A stretch of DNA of 64,000 nucleotides from NCBI GenBank assembly GCA_965649225.1, contig CBFGJX010000001.1:64001-128000 (forward strand), read 5' to 3'. Shown here piece by piece: positions 19,964 to 30,386 of this stretch. The DNA is from a candidate division WOR-3 bacterium (lineage in GTDB: Bacteria > Hydrothermota > Tepidihabitantia > Tepidihabitantales > Tepidihabitantaceae). Made by a program: the position numbers and the translations under genes. Positions within the stretch are counted from its first letter, which is position 1. Every line of letters begins with the position of its first letter. Below the pieces are notes generated by a model. That model had not been told where the DNA came from, searched no databases, and saw only the letters and a list, made by a program, of their open reading frames with translations.

Positions 19964-21316
19964 GTGAAGAAACTCTCACCGGCCGAAATCGAACAGCTCG
20001 TCGCCAAGGCCAAAAAGCCGGCGGCCGACGCGATGAAGCTCCACCCGTTCTACAAGGGCAAGTACCAGACCGTACCCAAATGTTGTATCCGCGACTTCAA
20101 CGACTTTGCCATCTGGTATACCCCGGGTGTCGCTGCGCCCTGCAAGGACATTCAGGCCAATCCCGAAATGTCCTTCGTCCACACCAATCGTGCCAACACC
20201 ATCTGCGTACTCACCGACGGAACCCGTGTACTGGGTCTTGGCGACATCGGCCCCGAAGCCTCGATGCCAGTCATGGAAGGTAAGGCCCTGCTCTTCAAGT
20301 ACCTCGGTGGTGTCGACTGCGTGCCCATCGCACTGCGCACCAAGGACCCGGACGAATTCATCCGTACCGCCAAGCTGCTCGAACCATCATTCGGCGGCTT
20401 CAACCTCGAAGACATCGCCCAGCCGAAGTGCTTCCGCATCCTCGACACACTCCGCGCCGAAATGAACGTACCGGTCTGGCACGACGACCAGCAGGGTACC
20501 GCCGCGGTAACCTACGCCGGCCTGGTCAATGCGCTCAAGTTCGTCGGCAAGGACATCGCCAAAGTGAAGGTCGTCTTCCTTGGTGCCGGCGCCTCAAACA
20601 TTGCCATTGCCCGCGTCTGCATCAAGGGTGGAGTCACTGCCGAAAACTGCATCATGTGTGACTCAAAGGGCACACTCCACCGGGGACGTACCGAACTGCA
20701 GCACGAATTCAAAGAGAAGTGGCACATGGCCCAGATTTCCAACAAGTGGGACATCCGCGGCACCATCGCTGACGCCATCAAGGATGCCGACGTGCTCATC
20801 GCCCTTTCCACCCCCGGCCCCGGGGTCGTCAAACCGGAGTGGATCAGTTCAATGGCCAAAGATGCAGTCGTGTTCGTCTGCGCGAACCCGATACCGGAAA
20901 TCTGGCCCTGGGAAGCACTTGAAGCTGGCGCTGCGGTCGTTGCCACCGGCCGTAGCGATTTCCCCAATCAGGTCAACAACTCGCTCGGGTTTCCCGGTAT
21001 CTTTCGCGGAGCGCTTGACGTCAACGCCCGGACCATCACTGATGAGATGTGCATCGCTGCCGCACTGGAACTCGCCAAAGTCGCTGAAGACCGTGGCCTG
21101 CGGCAGGACTACCTCGTGCCGACCATGGACGACTGGGAAGTCTTCCCGCGCGAAGCGGTGGCGGTCGGGATGAAGGCAATCGAGCAGGGCGTCGCCCGGA
21201 TCAAGCTCACCCGTGATGAACTGATGCAAAAGGCCACGGCGACGATCAAACAGGCACGTGAGCTGACCCAGTGGATGATGAAGGAAGGGTTCATCCCCGC
21301 CCCGCCCGCAGACTGA
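19964..21316 (+). CDS. NAD(P)-dependent malic enzyme
   Basis: YTPGVA, TDGTRVLGLGDIG, PVMEGK, NLEDI, HDDQQGT, GRSDFPNQVNN. GTG start placed after the AAGGAG RBS. Confidence 0.93.
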   Translation: MKKLSPAEIEQLVAKAKKPAADAMKLHPFYKGKYQTVPKCCIRDFNDFAIWYTPGVAAPCKDIQANPEMSFVHTNRANTICVLTDGTRVLGLGDIGPEASMPVMEGKALLFKYLGGVDCVPIALRTKDPDEFIRTAKLLEPSFGGFNLEDIAQPKCFRILDTLRAEMNVPVWHDDQQGTAAVTYAGLVNALKFVGKDIAKVKVVFLGAGASNIAIARVCIKGGVTAENCIMCDSKGTLHRGRTELQHEFKEKWHMAQISNKWDIRGTIADAIKDADVLIALSTPGPGVVKPEWISSMAKDAVVFVCANPIPEIWPWEALEAGAAVVATGRSDFPNQVNNSLGFPGIFRGALDVNARTITDEMCIAAALELAKVAEDRGLRQDYLVPTMDDWEVFPREAVAVGMKAIEQGVARIKLTRDELMQKATATIKQARELTQWMMKEGFIPAPPAD

Positions 21317-21333
21317 GCGAGTCCCGTATCACA

Positions 21334-21410
21334 GCGGGGCGGCATCTGCCGCCCCGCCTTGTCCGCTCCAAAGATGACCCGGCGCCCCACCGGGTGGGGC
21401 GCCGGGAAAA
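21334..21410. terminator. two hairpins between convergent operons (bidirectional termination)
   Basis: GCGGGGCGGCA-TC-TGCCGCCCCGC (21334-21357) and CCCGGCGCCCCACC-G-GGTGGGGCGCCGGG (21378-21406). Confidence 0.65.
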
Positions 21411-21435
21411 CCGGAAGGTACGACCCTGTTAGCTC

Positions 21436-22578
21436 TCAGCCCAGCAGGTTACGGGCAATAACGATCCGCTGCACCTCAGAAGTACCCTCATATATCTCCA
21501 TACACTTGGCATCACGGTAATAGCGCTCAACCGGATAGTCCTTGGTATAGCCGTAGCCGCCGTAGATCTGGACAGCATCACGGGTAACCTCTACCGCCGT
21601 TTCAGCGGCAAAGAGCTTGCACATCGCCGACTCCTGGCTGAAGCGCGGCTTGCCCTGATCCTTCTGGTGTGCGGCGTAATACACCAGCATTCGTGACGCC
21701 AGAACGCGGGTAGCCATATTCGCCAGCTTGGCCTGAATCATCTCGAAATCGGCAATCGGACGCCCGAACTGCTTACGTTCCTTGGCGTAGGCGATGGCCT
21801 TATCCAGCGCCGACTGGGCAATGCCTACCGCCTGAGCGCCAATATCAATACGGGAAACATCGAGGGTACCCAAGGCCACCTTGAAGCCCTGGCCGACTTC
21901 GCCCAGCACATTGCTTTTCGGCACTCTGCAATCATCAAACATCAGCTCGCAGTTGGCGGTCGCTCGCAACCCAAGCAGGTCCTCGTGCTTGCCCAGACTG
22001 AATCCCGGAAAGTCCCGCTCGACAATAAACGCAGTTATGCCGCGATGACCAGCCGCCGGGTCGGTCTTCGCAAAAACAATGAAAACGCCGGCAACGCCAC
22101 CGTTGGTAATGAACCGCTTGCATCCGTTCAGGACAAAATGGTCGCCCCTGTCAACTGCGGTTGTCTCCATCGCCGCCGGGTCGCTGCCGGCATTGGGCTC
22201 GGTCAAGCCGAACGCCCCCAGCAGCTCGCCCGAGGCCATGCGCGGTAGATACCGCTGTTTCTGCTCTTCAGTTCCCCAGTTCACGATCGGCCAGCATGCC
22301 AGCGAATTGTGGACCGCGGTTATGACCCCGGTTGAACCGCAGCCCCGGCTGATTTCCTCAACCGCAATCGCCAGCGAAAGAAAGTCAAAACCGGCACCAC
22401 CGTACTGCTCCGGCACCGTCATGCCCAGCATGCCCAGCTCGGCCATCTTCTTGATCGCCTCGTGCGGAAACTCACCCGAAGCATCGCGGGCGGCCGCCTG
22501 CGGCTCCAGCTCTTTCAGCGCAAACTCGCGGGCCATGTTGCGAATCATTATCTGGTCATTGGTATAACTGAGATCCAC
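21436..22578 (-). CDS. acyl-CoA dehydrogenase (butyryl-CoA dehydrogenase-like), canonical
   Basis: LTEPNAGSD, KRFITNG, ERKQFGRPI, QIYGGYGY, EIYEGTSE. Confidence 0.93.
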   Translation of the reverse strand: MDLSYTNDQIMIRNMAREFALKELEPQAAARDASGEFPHEAIKKMAELGMLGMTVPEQYGGAGFDFLSLAIAVEEISRGCGSTGVITAVHNSLACWPIVNWGTEEQKQRYLPRMASGELLGAFGLTEPNAGSDPAAMETTAVDRGDHFVLNGCKRFITNGGVAGVFIVFAKTDPAAGHRGITAFIVERDFPGFSLGKHEDLLGLRATANCELMFDDCRVPKSNVLGEVGQGFKVALGTLDVSRIDIGAQAVGIAQSALDKAIAYAKERKQFGRPIADFEMIQAKLANMATRVLASRMLVYYAAHQKDQGKPRFSQESAMCKLFAAETAVEVTRDAVQIYGGYGYTKDYPVERYYRDAKCMEIYEGTSEVQRIVIARNLLG

Positions 22579-22586
22579 TATTCCTC

Positions 22587-23717
22587 CTAAATCGAATTGG
22601 CGGCGTCTTTCAATACTTCCTTGGCAATAATCAGCCGCATTACTTCCGAGGTACCCTCGCCGATTTCACCCAGCTTGGCATCACGGTAGATGCGGCCGAC
22701 CGGAAAGTCGGCCGTGACGGCAAGCGGCCCGATGGTCCCGATCGCGGTACCAGCGGCCCAAACGGCAGTTTCCGAAGCAAACAGCTTGGCGAAAGCACAC
22801 TCCTTGTCAGCCCGGATGCCGGCATCCTTCAACGCCGCCGCGTGATAAACCAGCTGCCGCGCCGCTTCAACCTGAGTGGCAACATCAGCGAGATTCTTCA
22901 TCTCGCCCTGCGTCATCGAACGGTTACTGAACCAGCGGATCATCGTGTCCAGCGCACCCTGAGCCATCCCCAGACAGAACGCCCCGATTGAAATCCGACC
23001 GCCGTCAAGGGTCTCCATGAAAATCCGGTAACCGTCGTACTCGCTGCCCAGCAGGTTTTCCGCCGGCACAAATACGTCCTCAAAAACAAGTTCGACCGTG
23101 TTTGACCCGCGCAGACCAAGCTTGTTTTCCTCAGCAGCGACCTTGAAACCAGGCGACGAGGTCTCGACGATAAAACAGGTAATCCCCTTCCGCCCGAGAC
23201 TGCGATCAAGTGTTGCCGCCACAATCACCGTTCCGGCGTAGGCTGCCGATGTGATGAAACGTTTCGTGCCGTTGATGACATACCCGCCGGGGACCTTTTT
23301 GGCTGTCGTTTCAATGGCGGCAGCATCAGAACCGGCATTAGGTTCGGTCAGACCGAATGCGCCGAGATAAACCCCGCGGGCGAGGCGGGGAATGTACTTC
23401 TCTTTCTGTTCCTTGGTACCGAATTTCTCGATCGGGTATGTGCCGAGCGAAGTGTGAGCAGCCAGCGTCAAACCGGTTGAACCGCAGACCCGCGACACCT
23501 CCTCCACCGCCAGAGCGTAGGAAATGTAATCGAGACCGGCACCGCCCAGTTCCCGCGGCCAAGGTATACCCAGCCAGCCGCGGGCTGCCAGTGCCTCGAC
23601 ATTTTTCTTGACGAACTCGCCGGTCGCATCACAGGCACAGGCCGACGGCTCAATCACATCCAGTGCCAGCCGGCGCACTTCCCGACGGAAACACTGCTGG
23701 GTCTCAGAAAGAATCAC
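22587..23717 (-). CDS. acyl-CoA dehydrogenase family protein with degenerate C-terminal motifs
   Basis: Has LTEPNAGSD, KRFIT, KLGLRGS, EIGEGTSE; lacks RxQFG and GGxG. Confidence 0.9.
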   Translation of the reverse strand: MILSETQQCFRREVRRLALDVIEPSACACDATGEFVKKNVEALAARGWLGIPWPRELGGAGLDYISYALAVEEVSRVCGSTGLTLAAHTSLGTYPIEKFGTKEQKEKYIPRLARGVYLGAFGLTEPNAGSDAAAIETTAKKVPGGYVINGTKRFITSAAYAGTVIVAATLDRSLGRKGITCFIVETSSPGFKVAAEENKLGLRGSNTVELVFEDVFVPAENLLGSEYDGYRIFMETLDGGRISIGAFCLGMAQGALDTMIRWFSNRSMTQGEMKNLADVATQVEAARQLVYHAAALKDAGIRADKECAFAKLFASETAVWAAGTAIGTIGPLAVTADFPVGRIYRDAKLGEIGEGTSEVMRLIIAKEVLKDAANSI

Positions 23718-23726
23718 CGCATCCCC

Positions 23727-24491
23727 CTAGATATAGTAACGGTCGGGGTCGATTTGCTCACGCAGCAGCCTCAGTTCTTCTGCCGTCGGCTCAGGGTTGA
23801 CGGCGACGTTGTCAGCCACCAGCAGCTCAAAACCGGTGCTGGCAAGAACCTTCTCAACCGAGACACCGGGATGGGTAGCAATCAACCGCATCCGTTTTGA
23901 CTGCGGCTCAAAATCCATCAAAGCCAGATTGGTGACAACCCGGTAGGGGCCGGTATTCGGCGGCAGTCCGGCCGCCTCACGGGCGCCTGGACCGGACAGA
24001 TAGCCCGGGGTCGTGATGAAATCGACCTTCGGAACAAAAGAACGCGGTTCGTGCTTGCGCATGATAACGATCGTCTTCCAGCAAAAAGAACCGACATCAT
24101 TTGCCCCGCCCGAACCGGGCAGCCGGACTTTCGGTGGCCAGTAAGGACCGATGACCGTGGTATTGAGATTGCCGTAGGCATCAATCTGGGCACCGCCCAG
24201 AAAACCGTACTCGACAAATCCGCGCGCCGCGGTTTCCATGATGTCGCAAATCCCCGAAGCGGCAACTGCCCGGTGAAACGTCCGCGAGTCGGCAACGCCC
24301 AGCGGCAGTCTTTCCAGCGAAGCACCAGTACCGCCGAACTCAAAAATCGAGACCAGATTCGGCGCATGGGTCCGCTTGGCCAGTGCCGCAGCCAGCATCG
24401 GAATGCCGGTACCGACAAAGGCGGTGGTACCATCAGCCATCTGCTTGGCGGCCAGACAGATCAGAAACTCAGTCTCATTGTACGCTGCCAT
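23727..24491 (-). CDS. family I CoA-transferase subunit B (glutaconate CoA-transferase-like)
   Basis: VGTGIP, catalytic Glu (IFEFG), GFLGGAQIDAYGNLN, RLPGSGGAND. Confidence 0.9.
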   Translation of the reverse strand: MAAYNETEFLICLAAKQMADGTTAFVGTGIPMLAAALAKRTHAPNLVSIFEFGGTGASLERLPLGVADSRTFHRAVAASGICDIMETAARGFVEYGFLGGAQIDAYGNLNTTVIGPYWPPKVRLPGSGGANDVGSFCWKTIVIMRKHEPRSFVPKVDFITTPGYLSGPGAREAAGLPPNTGPYRVVTNLALMDFEPQSKRMRLIATHPGVSVEKVLASTGFELLVADNVAVNPEPTAEELRLLREQIDPDRYYI

Positions 24492-25463
24492 CTAGCGACC
24501 CCCGATTTCTGCTTCAAGCCGTGCCAGTCGCTCCCGACCGACCAGTTCGACATACTCGGCGTGATTCTTCACCCCATATACCCACTTGTCCAGATAAGCC
24601 TGCGTTTTGGCCGGGTCGGCCGAATCACGCAGGAAAGACTGCAGATGCTCGCCGTCGCGCCAGTAGCGATAGCACATCTCTCCGGGGTGGGAGCCATACT
24701 TTGCCTCCACGACCGCATCGACGAGGTAATAGGGAATCACGGTCTTTTCTGGTTCGCGCCGGATCACTTCGGTCGGCACGATTTCTTCGGTCGAGACGAT
24801 CAGTTTCCGACAGGCGCGCGCCATCTCGAAAACAAATCCCGACACACCCTCGACCTGACAGTTGCCGTAGCAATCGGCCTTGTGGACATGAATCAAGCCG
24901 ACATCAAGGAACAGTGCCGGCACCAGACAGACCGGCCGGCCGGTAAACGGGTCCTTCACTACCACCGCGCCCGAGTACCTGAATGTATCGGTCCCCAGCA
25001 TCGACCGAATCGGTAAAAATGGCACCCCCATCGCGGCGGCCTTGAAGCGCCAGGTGATTCCACCGTTGGACCAGTCGGTCGTCTTCACCCGGCCCGACTC
25101 TACTGCCCGGCGCAGGCATGAGGAAATGCCATAGACCTCCCAGGCGACATAGGTCACATCCAGCGCGTCAACCAGATCAGCGGCCAGCAGCAGGTCGATA
25201 TCGTGCACGCCCTGGCCGGCCACCCGTAGGTGCTTCTTTCCCTGCCGGATGACCTCGCGCACCAGCGACATCGGTGCGCGGACAGTACCATAAAGCTCGG
25301 TGCCGAGATAGTCGCCGTCGGCGACAAACCGGCTTACCGCCTCGGCTTCGGTCATTACCTTGTCAACCATCCGGGTGTTCTTCTTCGTATGCACCCAGTC
25401 GCGGAAAGCATCCGGATCGGGCGGCTGAAACAGCTCACCCAGACCTCTGTCAACAATATCCAT
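24492..25463 (-). CDS. family I CoA-transferase subunit A (glutaconate CoA-transferase-like)
   Basis: AAAMGVPFLP, DPFTG, IHVHKADxYGN, VDAVVEAxYGSHP; GGAGG RBS. Confidence 0.9.
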   Translation of the reverse strand: MDIVDRGLGELFQPPDPDAFRDWVHTKKNTRMVDKVMTEAEAVSRFVADGDYLGTELYGTVRAPMSLVREVIRQGKKHLRVAGQGVHDIDLLLAADLVDALDVTYVAWEVYGISSCLRRAVESGRVKTTDWSNGGITWRFKAAAMGVPFLPIRSMLGTDTFRYSGAVVVKDPFTGRPVCLVPALFLDVGLIHVHKADCYGNCQVEGVSGFVFEMARACRKLIVSTEEIVPTEVIRREPEKTVIPYYLVDAVVEAKYGSHPGEMCYRYWRDGEHLQSFLRDSADPAKTQAYLDKWVYGVKNHAEYVELVGRERLARLEAEIGGR

Positions 25464-25616
25464 GATTACTGCCTCCTCGGGCGGAATCGACGATGGCGGC
25501 TTCTCTCCGCCAGTTGGGAATACTAATCTGCACCCCCTGCGAAGTCAATTGCGGACAGGGCGACGAGCGCTGGTGTTCTCGGCATTGACAAACCTGCCGG
25601 GCGAACAACAATCCTG

Positions 25617-26963
25617 GTGGTGCCCAAGCCACCTGCTGTGCCGTACCGGCCTCTGCCCTGGCGCACACTCGTACTGCTGGCCGTTACTGCCACGCTGCTA
25701 CGACTGGGATTGGCGCTGAGTTACCGGACTCACACTTTTCACTATCCTGACCTGCCTCGCTGTCCCGAAGAACTGACCCTGCTCACGACCGGTACTGCCT
25801 GCATCGACCCCGACCAGTATCTGCGACTTGGCCAAAGCATTGCCTGCGGACACCGGTTCTGGCTCGACAACCGGCCTCACACCTTCCGCACCCCGGGCTA
25901 TCCCCTGCTGATTGCTGCAGTTGGGAGCAATATCCCGCTGCTGGTGGTACTGCAGAGCATCTTTGGCGGTATCGCCGTACTGTTGCTGGGTATTACCGGT
26001 TGTCGGCTGGCCGGTCGGCTCGCCGGTACAACCGCTGCCGCCCTGCTGACATTTGACATTTCTGGACTCCTCCACGCCGGGATGGTGATGAGCGAACCGC
26101 TTTTCTCCCTGCTACTCGTCGTCGGTCTGGGGTTGTATCTAAGTCGTCACCGGTCTGCCGCCGCACTGCTTTTCGGCGCCGCAGTGCTGGTCCGACCAGT
26201 CGGGGCAATACTGCTTCTTCCTTTTTCTCTTCACCTTATCGCCGAGCGCCGCTGGAAAACACTGGCAATATTTGTCCTGTTCTTTTCGCTGGTGCCGGCG
26301 GGCTGGATTGCAAGGAACTTCTGGCACTATCGGCATTTCGGGCTGGCGACAGCCAGCAGCTACAACAACTTCAACAGCGCCATCCGGCTTGTCGCCAGCG
26401 CCAGCAACAAGGACTATCAAAATCTCCGTGACTCAATTGCTGCGCAAGCAGTTACCGCAGTGCCACCCGACAACCCGCTGGCGTTGGCCGCCGAACTTGA
26501 CCGTCGCGCACTGGCAATCACCATCAACCAGCCGTTCCGGTCGGTATCCCGCTGGGCCCTCGCAATCCCGCGGCTGCTGTTCTCGCTCAAGTCCGACGAC
26601 ATCTTTCTCCGTCTGACCAGCGACCGGGCAGCTACCAGCCGGATCCGCAACCGGTTGCCGCCAGCTCTCACGAGCGGCTCTGACCTGCTTTTCTGGCTTA
26701 CGGCTGGATGGGAACTGCTGTCCCTGACCGGATCGCTGCTGCTGGCTGGCATCGCCCTGCTGCGTGCCCGCGAACGGCGAGTCGCCCTGCTGCTCGCCGG
26801 GACCGGCTTTGCTCTCATCGCCACTGCTTCACCACTGATTGACGGCCGCTACCGCGACCCGGCGCTGCCAGCGCTGTATCTGCTGGCCGGCATCGGGCTG
26901 GCGACCCTGTCCCGGCCCGCCGCAACGACCGGCACAACCCAGCCACGCTCTCCTGCAGCTTGA
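25617..26963 (+). CDS. GT-C fold (ArnT/PMT-like) glycosyltransferase
   Basis: Polytopic membrane protein; D..Y, RTPGYP, MSE, LVRP, C-terminal RY. Confidence 0.75.
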   Translation: MVPKPPAVPYRPLPWRTLVLLAVTATLLRLGLALSYRTHTFHYPDLPRCPEELTLLTTGTACIDPDQYLRLGQSIACGHRFWLDNRPHTFRTPGYPLLIAAVGSNIPLLVVLQSIFGGIAVLLLGITGCRLAGRLAGTTAAALLTFDISGLLHAGMVMSEPLFSLLLVVGLGLYLSRHRSAAALLFGAAVLVRPVGAILLLPFSLHLIAERRWKTLAIFVLFFSLVPAGWIARNFWHYRHFGLATASSYNNFNSAIRLVASASNKDYQNLRDSIAAQAVTAVPPDNPLALAAELDRRALAITINQPFRSVSRWALAIPRLLFSLKSDDIFLRLTSDRAATSRIRNRLPPALTSGSDLLFWLTAGWELLSLTGSLLLAGIALLRARERRVALLLAGTGFALIATASPLIDGRYRDPALPALYLLAGIGLATLSRPAATTGTTQPRSPAA

Positions 26964-27011
26964 CTTCGCACCGCCGGTGGCTATCTTTTGCCCTAAACTC
27001 CGGGAGCTGAG

Positions 27012-27989
27012 TTGCCAGATAAATACCGAATCGGCTTTTACTGGGCCGCCTCCTGTGGCGGCTGTGAGATTGCCGTCCTTGATACCAACGAGAAGATTCT
27101 GGATGTCCTGTCGAAGGCCGAAATCATACTCTGGCCGGTGGCAGTTGACACCAAGTATGCCGACGTGCGGGCATTGCCGGACGGTGCCATCGACGCCTGT
27201 TTCTTCAACGGCTCCATCCGTAACTCCGAACAGCAGGAGATTGCCGAGCTGCTGCGTCGCAAGTCCAAGCTGCTGTTCGCATTCGGCTCCTGCGCCCAGC
27301 ACGGCTGCATTCCCGGACTGGCCAACCTGCACAGCCGGGCCGAGATCTTCAAAACTGCCTACCACAACGAACCTTCGGTCACCAACCCCGAGAAGGTCGA
27401 ACCGGCAACGCGGGTAACAGTACCGGAGGGCGAACTGACCCTGCCCGAGTTCTACGACCGCGTCTATCCTCTTGACCGCGTTGTGACGGTCGATTATTAC
27501 CTGCCCGGGTGCCCACCACCGGTAGCGCTGATCAGCGAAGCCTGGGACATGCTCTTCTCTGGACGCCTGCCGGCCCGGGGCAGCGTCCTGGCGCCAGCCA
27601 AAGCGCTCTGCGAGGAATGTCAGCGCAACAAGCACACCGCCAAACGGATGCCCGACATCAAACGAACCTGGGAGGTCGCTGCCGACCCCCAGACCTGCTT
27701 TCTTGAGCAGGGCATCGTCTGCATGGGACCGGCAACCCGCGGCGGCTGCGGTCAGCGCTGCATCAACGGCAACTGGCCCTGCACCGGCTGCATGGGACCG
27801 ATGCCCGACGTGGAAGACCAGGGTAGCAAGATGGTATCAGCGCTGAGTGCCATCCTGAAGCTCGACGAGGAAAAAGACCTTGGTGACGCCGGCACCGAGC
27901 AACTGATGGCCAAGGTCAAAGACCCGGTCGGCACCTTCTACATGTATGGGCTGGCCGGTTCAACACTCAATCAGGGAAGAAAACAGTAA
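27012..27989 (+). CDS. mvhG: [NiFe] hydrogenase small subunit (MvhG-like)
   Basis: SCGGC, GSCA, PGCPP, CxxC, CMGPATRGGC, PCTGC; no Tat signal. Confidence 0.85.
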   Translation: MPDKYRIGFYWAASCGGCEIAVLDTNEKILDVLSKAEIILWPVAVDTKYADVRALPDGAIDACFFNGSIRNSEQQEIAELLRRKSKLLFAFGSCAQHGCIPGLANLHSRAEIFKTAYHNEPSVTNPEKVEPATRVTVPEGELTLPEFYDRVYPLDRVVTVDYYLPGCPPPVALISEAWDMLFSGRLPARGSVLAPAKALCEECQRNKHTAKRMPDIKRTWEVAADPQTCFLEQGIVCMGPATRGGCGQRCINGNWPCTGCMGPMPDVEDQGSKMVSALSAILKLDEEKDLGDAGTEQLMAKVKDPVGTFYMYGLAGSTLNQGRKQ

Positions 27990-29452
27990 TGCCCCGCCGT
28001 ATAACGATTGACCCGATTACCCGGCTCGAAGGCCACGGCAAGATCGAGATTTTTTTGAACGAGCAGGGCGAGGTTGAAAACGCCTATCTTCAGGTACCGG
28101 AACTGCGCGGGTTTGAGCAGTTCTGCGTCGGCCGCAAGGCCGAGGACATGCCCCAGCTCACTTCCCGCATCTGCGGCGTCTGTCCGGTCGCCCATCACTA
28201 CGCCTCGGTCAAGGCGCTTGACGCCGCTTTTGGCGTAGAGCCAACGCCGCTTGCCCGCAAGCTGCGTGAACTGATTTACTGCGGCTACGTCATCTACGAC
28301 CATATTCTCCATTTCTATTTCCTGGGCGGGCCGGATTTCGTCGTCGGCCCCGACGCCCCGAAAGACAAGCGCAACATCATCGGCGTGATCGAGAAGGTCG
28401 GGCTGGATACCGCCAAAGAAGTGATCAAGCACCGGGCCTTCGGGCAGAAGATCACCGAAATCCTCGGCGGCAAGCCAACCCACCCGGTATCGGGCGTCCC
28501 CGGCGGCCAGACCAAGGGCCTGACCGAGGCCGAACGCAGCGAAATCGAGGCAATGGCCCGGTCTTGCGTCAATTTCGCCGAATTCTCGCTTGGACTGTTC
28601 AACGACATCGTACTCAAGAACCCGGCCTACATGAACCTGGTTACCGACCCCCGCTACAGCCATCCAACCTACAATATGGGCTTGGTCGACGATGCCAATC
28701 GAGTCAGTTTCTATGACGGCCGGATCCGTGTTACGGCTCCCGACGGCCGCGAGTTTGTCAAATTCAGCGCCAGTGAGTACCTTGACCATATCGCCGAACA
28801 GGTCCTTGACTGGAGCTATGTCAAAGTACCCTATCTGAAGGCGATCGGTTACCGGGGATTTGTCGCCGGCGCCGACTCCGGCCTCTATCGCGTCGGGCCG
28901 CTTGGCCGGCTCAACGCCGCCGACGGCATGGCAACACCGAAAGCCGATGCCGAGTATCGCCGGTTCTACGGCACCTTCGGGACTAAACCGGTAAACTCGA
29001 CCCTGGCGTTCCACTGGGCCCGGCTGATTGAGCTGCTCTATGTCGCCGAGCGGGCGGTTGAACTGGCCTCCGATGCCGAAATCACCGGCACCGCACTCCG
29101 CAACCTGAACTACCGGATGCAGGAACAGGGCGTCGGTGTGGTCGAGGCTGCCCGCGGTACGCTCTACCATCACTACTGGCTGACCGAAGACCGACTGATC
29201 AGCAAGGTCAACCTCATCGTTGCTTCGACCAACAACATTGGGCCGATGAACATGTCGGTCCGCGACGCCGCCCGCGGCCTGATCCACAACGGCAACCCCG
29301 ACGAAGGACTGGTCAACACGGTGGAAATGTTCTATCGTGCCTACGATCCTTGTCTGGCCTGCGCCAGTCACGTCGCCGGTCGCACACCGTTGGAAATCTG
29401 CATTCACAGCGCTGATGGCCGCCCGACCCACCGGCTCGGCAACGGCGGCTAA
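27989..29452 (+). CDS. mvhA: [NiFe] hydrogenase large subunit (MvhA-like, group 3c)
   Basis: TRLEGH, L1 [20 protein letters not shown]2 [12 protein letters not shown], then a C-terminal maturation extension. Confidence 0.88.
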   Translation: MPRRITIDPITRLEGHGKIEIFLNEQGEVENAYLQVPELRGFEQFCVGRKAEDMPQLTSRICGVCPVAHHYASVKALDAAFGVEPTPLARKLRELIYCGYVIYDHILHFYFLGGPDFVVGPDAPKDKRNIIGVIEKVGLDTAKEVIKHRAFGQKITEILGGKPTHPVSGVPGGQTKGLTEAERSEIEAMARSCVNFAEFSLGLFNDIVLKNPAYMNLVTDPRYSHPTYNMGLVDDANRVSFYDGRIRVTAPDGREFVKFSASEYLDHIAEQVLDWSYVKVPYLKAIGYRGFVAGADSGLYRVGPLGRLNAADGMATPKADAEYRRFYGTFGTKPVNSTLAFHWARLIELLYVAERAVELASDAEITGTALRNLNYRMQEQGVGVVEAARGTLYHHYWLTEDRLISKVNLIVASTNNIGPMNMSVRDAARGLIHNGNPDEGLVNTVEMFYRAYDPCLACASHVAGRTPLEICIHSADGRPTHRLGNGG

Positions 29453-29474
29453 AAAATTAGGGGGCCACGCGGCA

Positions 29475-30386
29475 GTGACCGCGGGCAGACACCAGCCGGT
29501 CTCGGTTATCTTTGTCAACCACAACTCCACCGGGCTGTTACAACGGGCCCTCGACTCGCTGCGGACGGCCGAACCGGAACTCCGGCCCGAAATTATCGTC
29601 GTCGATAACGCTTCGCGCGACCGGCTTGAGCTCCGGCGTGTCTGCCAGCGCTTCGGCGCCCGGCTGGTCCTGCGTTCATTCAACTCCGGCTACGGCGCCG
29701 CCGCCAACCGCGGCTTCGCCCTGGCCCGCGGCCAGTTCGTCGCCATCGCCAACCCGGACATCGTGTTTCACGGCGGCGAAATCACCCGGTTGGTACGCTG
29801 TCTTGCCGAAACTGACCAGACCGGTGCGGTTGCGCCGCAGCTGGTCTGGCCGGACGGCCGACCGCAACCCACTGCCCGCCGCTACCCCAGTCTCCGCTAC
29901 GCCCTGGGTGGTCGTCGCTCGCCGCTGGCCCGGCTCCTGCCTGGATTCGGCCATCGTCGGGAATTCCTCTATTGCGGTGTCCACCGCCAGGCCGAGCCGG
30001 TCAGTGTCGAAGCGGTCATCGGCGCCTTTGTCCTTTTCCGACGCACGGCTTTCAGCGCGGTCGGCGGTTTCGATGAGTCCTATCACATGTTCGCTGAAGA
30101 CATGGACATCTGCCGCCGGCTCCGCTCTGCCGGCTGGGACGTGCTGCTCGACCCACGTGTCCGGCTCGAACACTTCTACGGTGGCGTCCGCCGCCGTCGT
30201 GCCCGCTACGCCGACCATCAGCGCATCCGTTCGCTGCACCGTTTCATGAGCGAAGGCTACGGTCGCTGCGCTCGACTGGGACTGTTGCTGCTGTTCGGCT
30301 GGTATCTGAGCCTGACCGAAGCAGGCCGGCTGATTGGCATCGGCGAGTTCGAGTATTCCTGGCACCGACCGGAGGCATGCCGGTGA
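29475..30386 (+). CDS. glycosyltransferase family 2 (WbbL/rhamnosyltransferase-like)
   Basis: VVDNAS, GYGAAANRG, NPD, GFDE...EDMD; start set at GTG 29475. Confidence 0.88.
   Translation: MTAGRHQPVSVIFVNHNSTGLLQRALDSLRTAEPELRPEIIVVDNASRDRLELRRVCQRFGARLVLRSFNSGYGAAANRGFALARGQFVAIANPDIVFHGGEITRLVRCLAETDQTGAVAPQLVWPDGRPQPTARRYPSLRYALGGRRSPLARLLPGFGHRREFLYCGVHRQAEPVSVEAVIGAFVLFRRTAFSAVGGFDESYHMFAEDMDICRRLRSAGWDVLLDPRVRLEHFYGGVRRRRARYADHQRIRSLHRFMSEGYGRCARLGLLLLFGWYLSLTEAGRLIGIGEFEYSWHRPEACR

Noticed and set aside
27971..29683. 570-aa antisense ORF and similar long shadow ORFs (e.g. 62563-63774, 38996-40126, 43055-44206)
   Set aside because: They lie opposite well-supported genes, have no motifs, and are expected from GC-rich codon bias.
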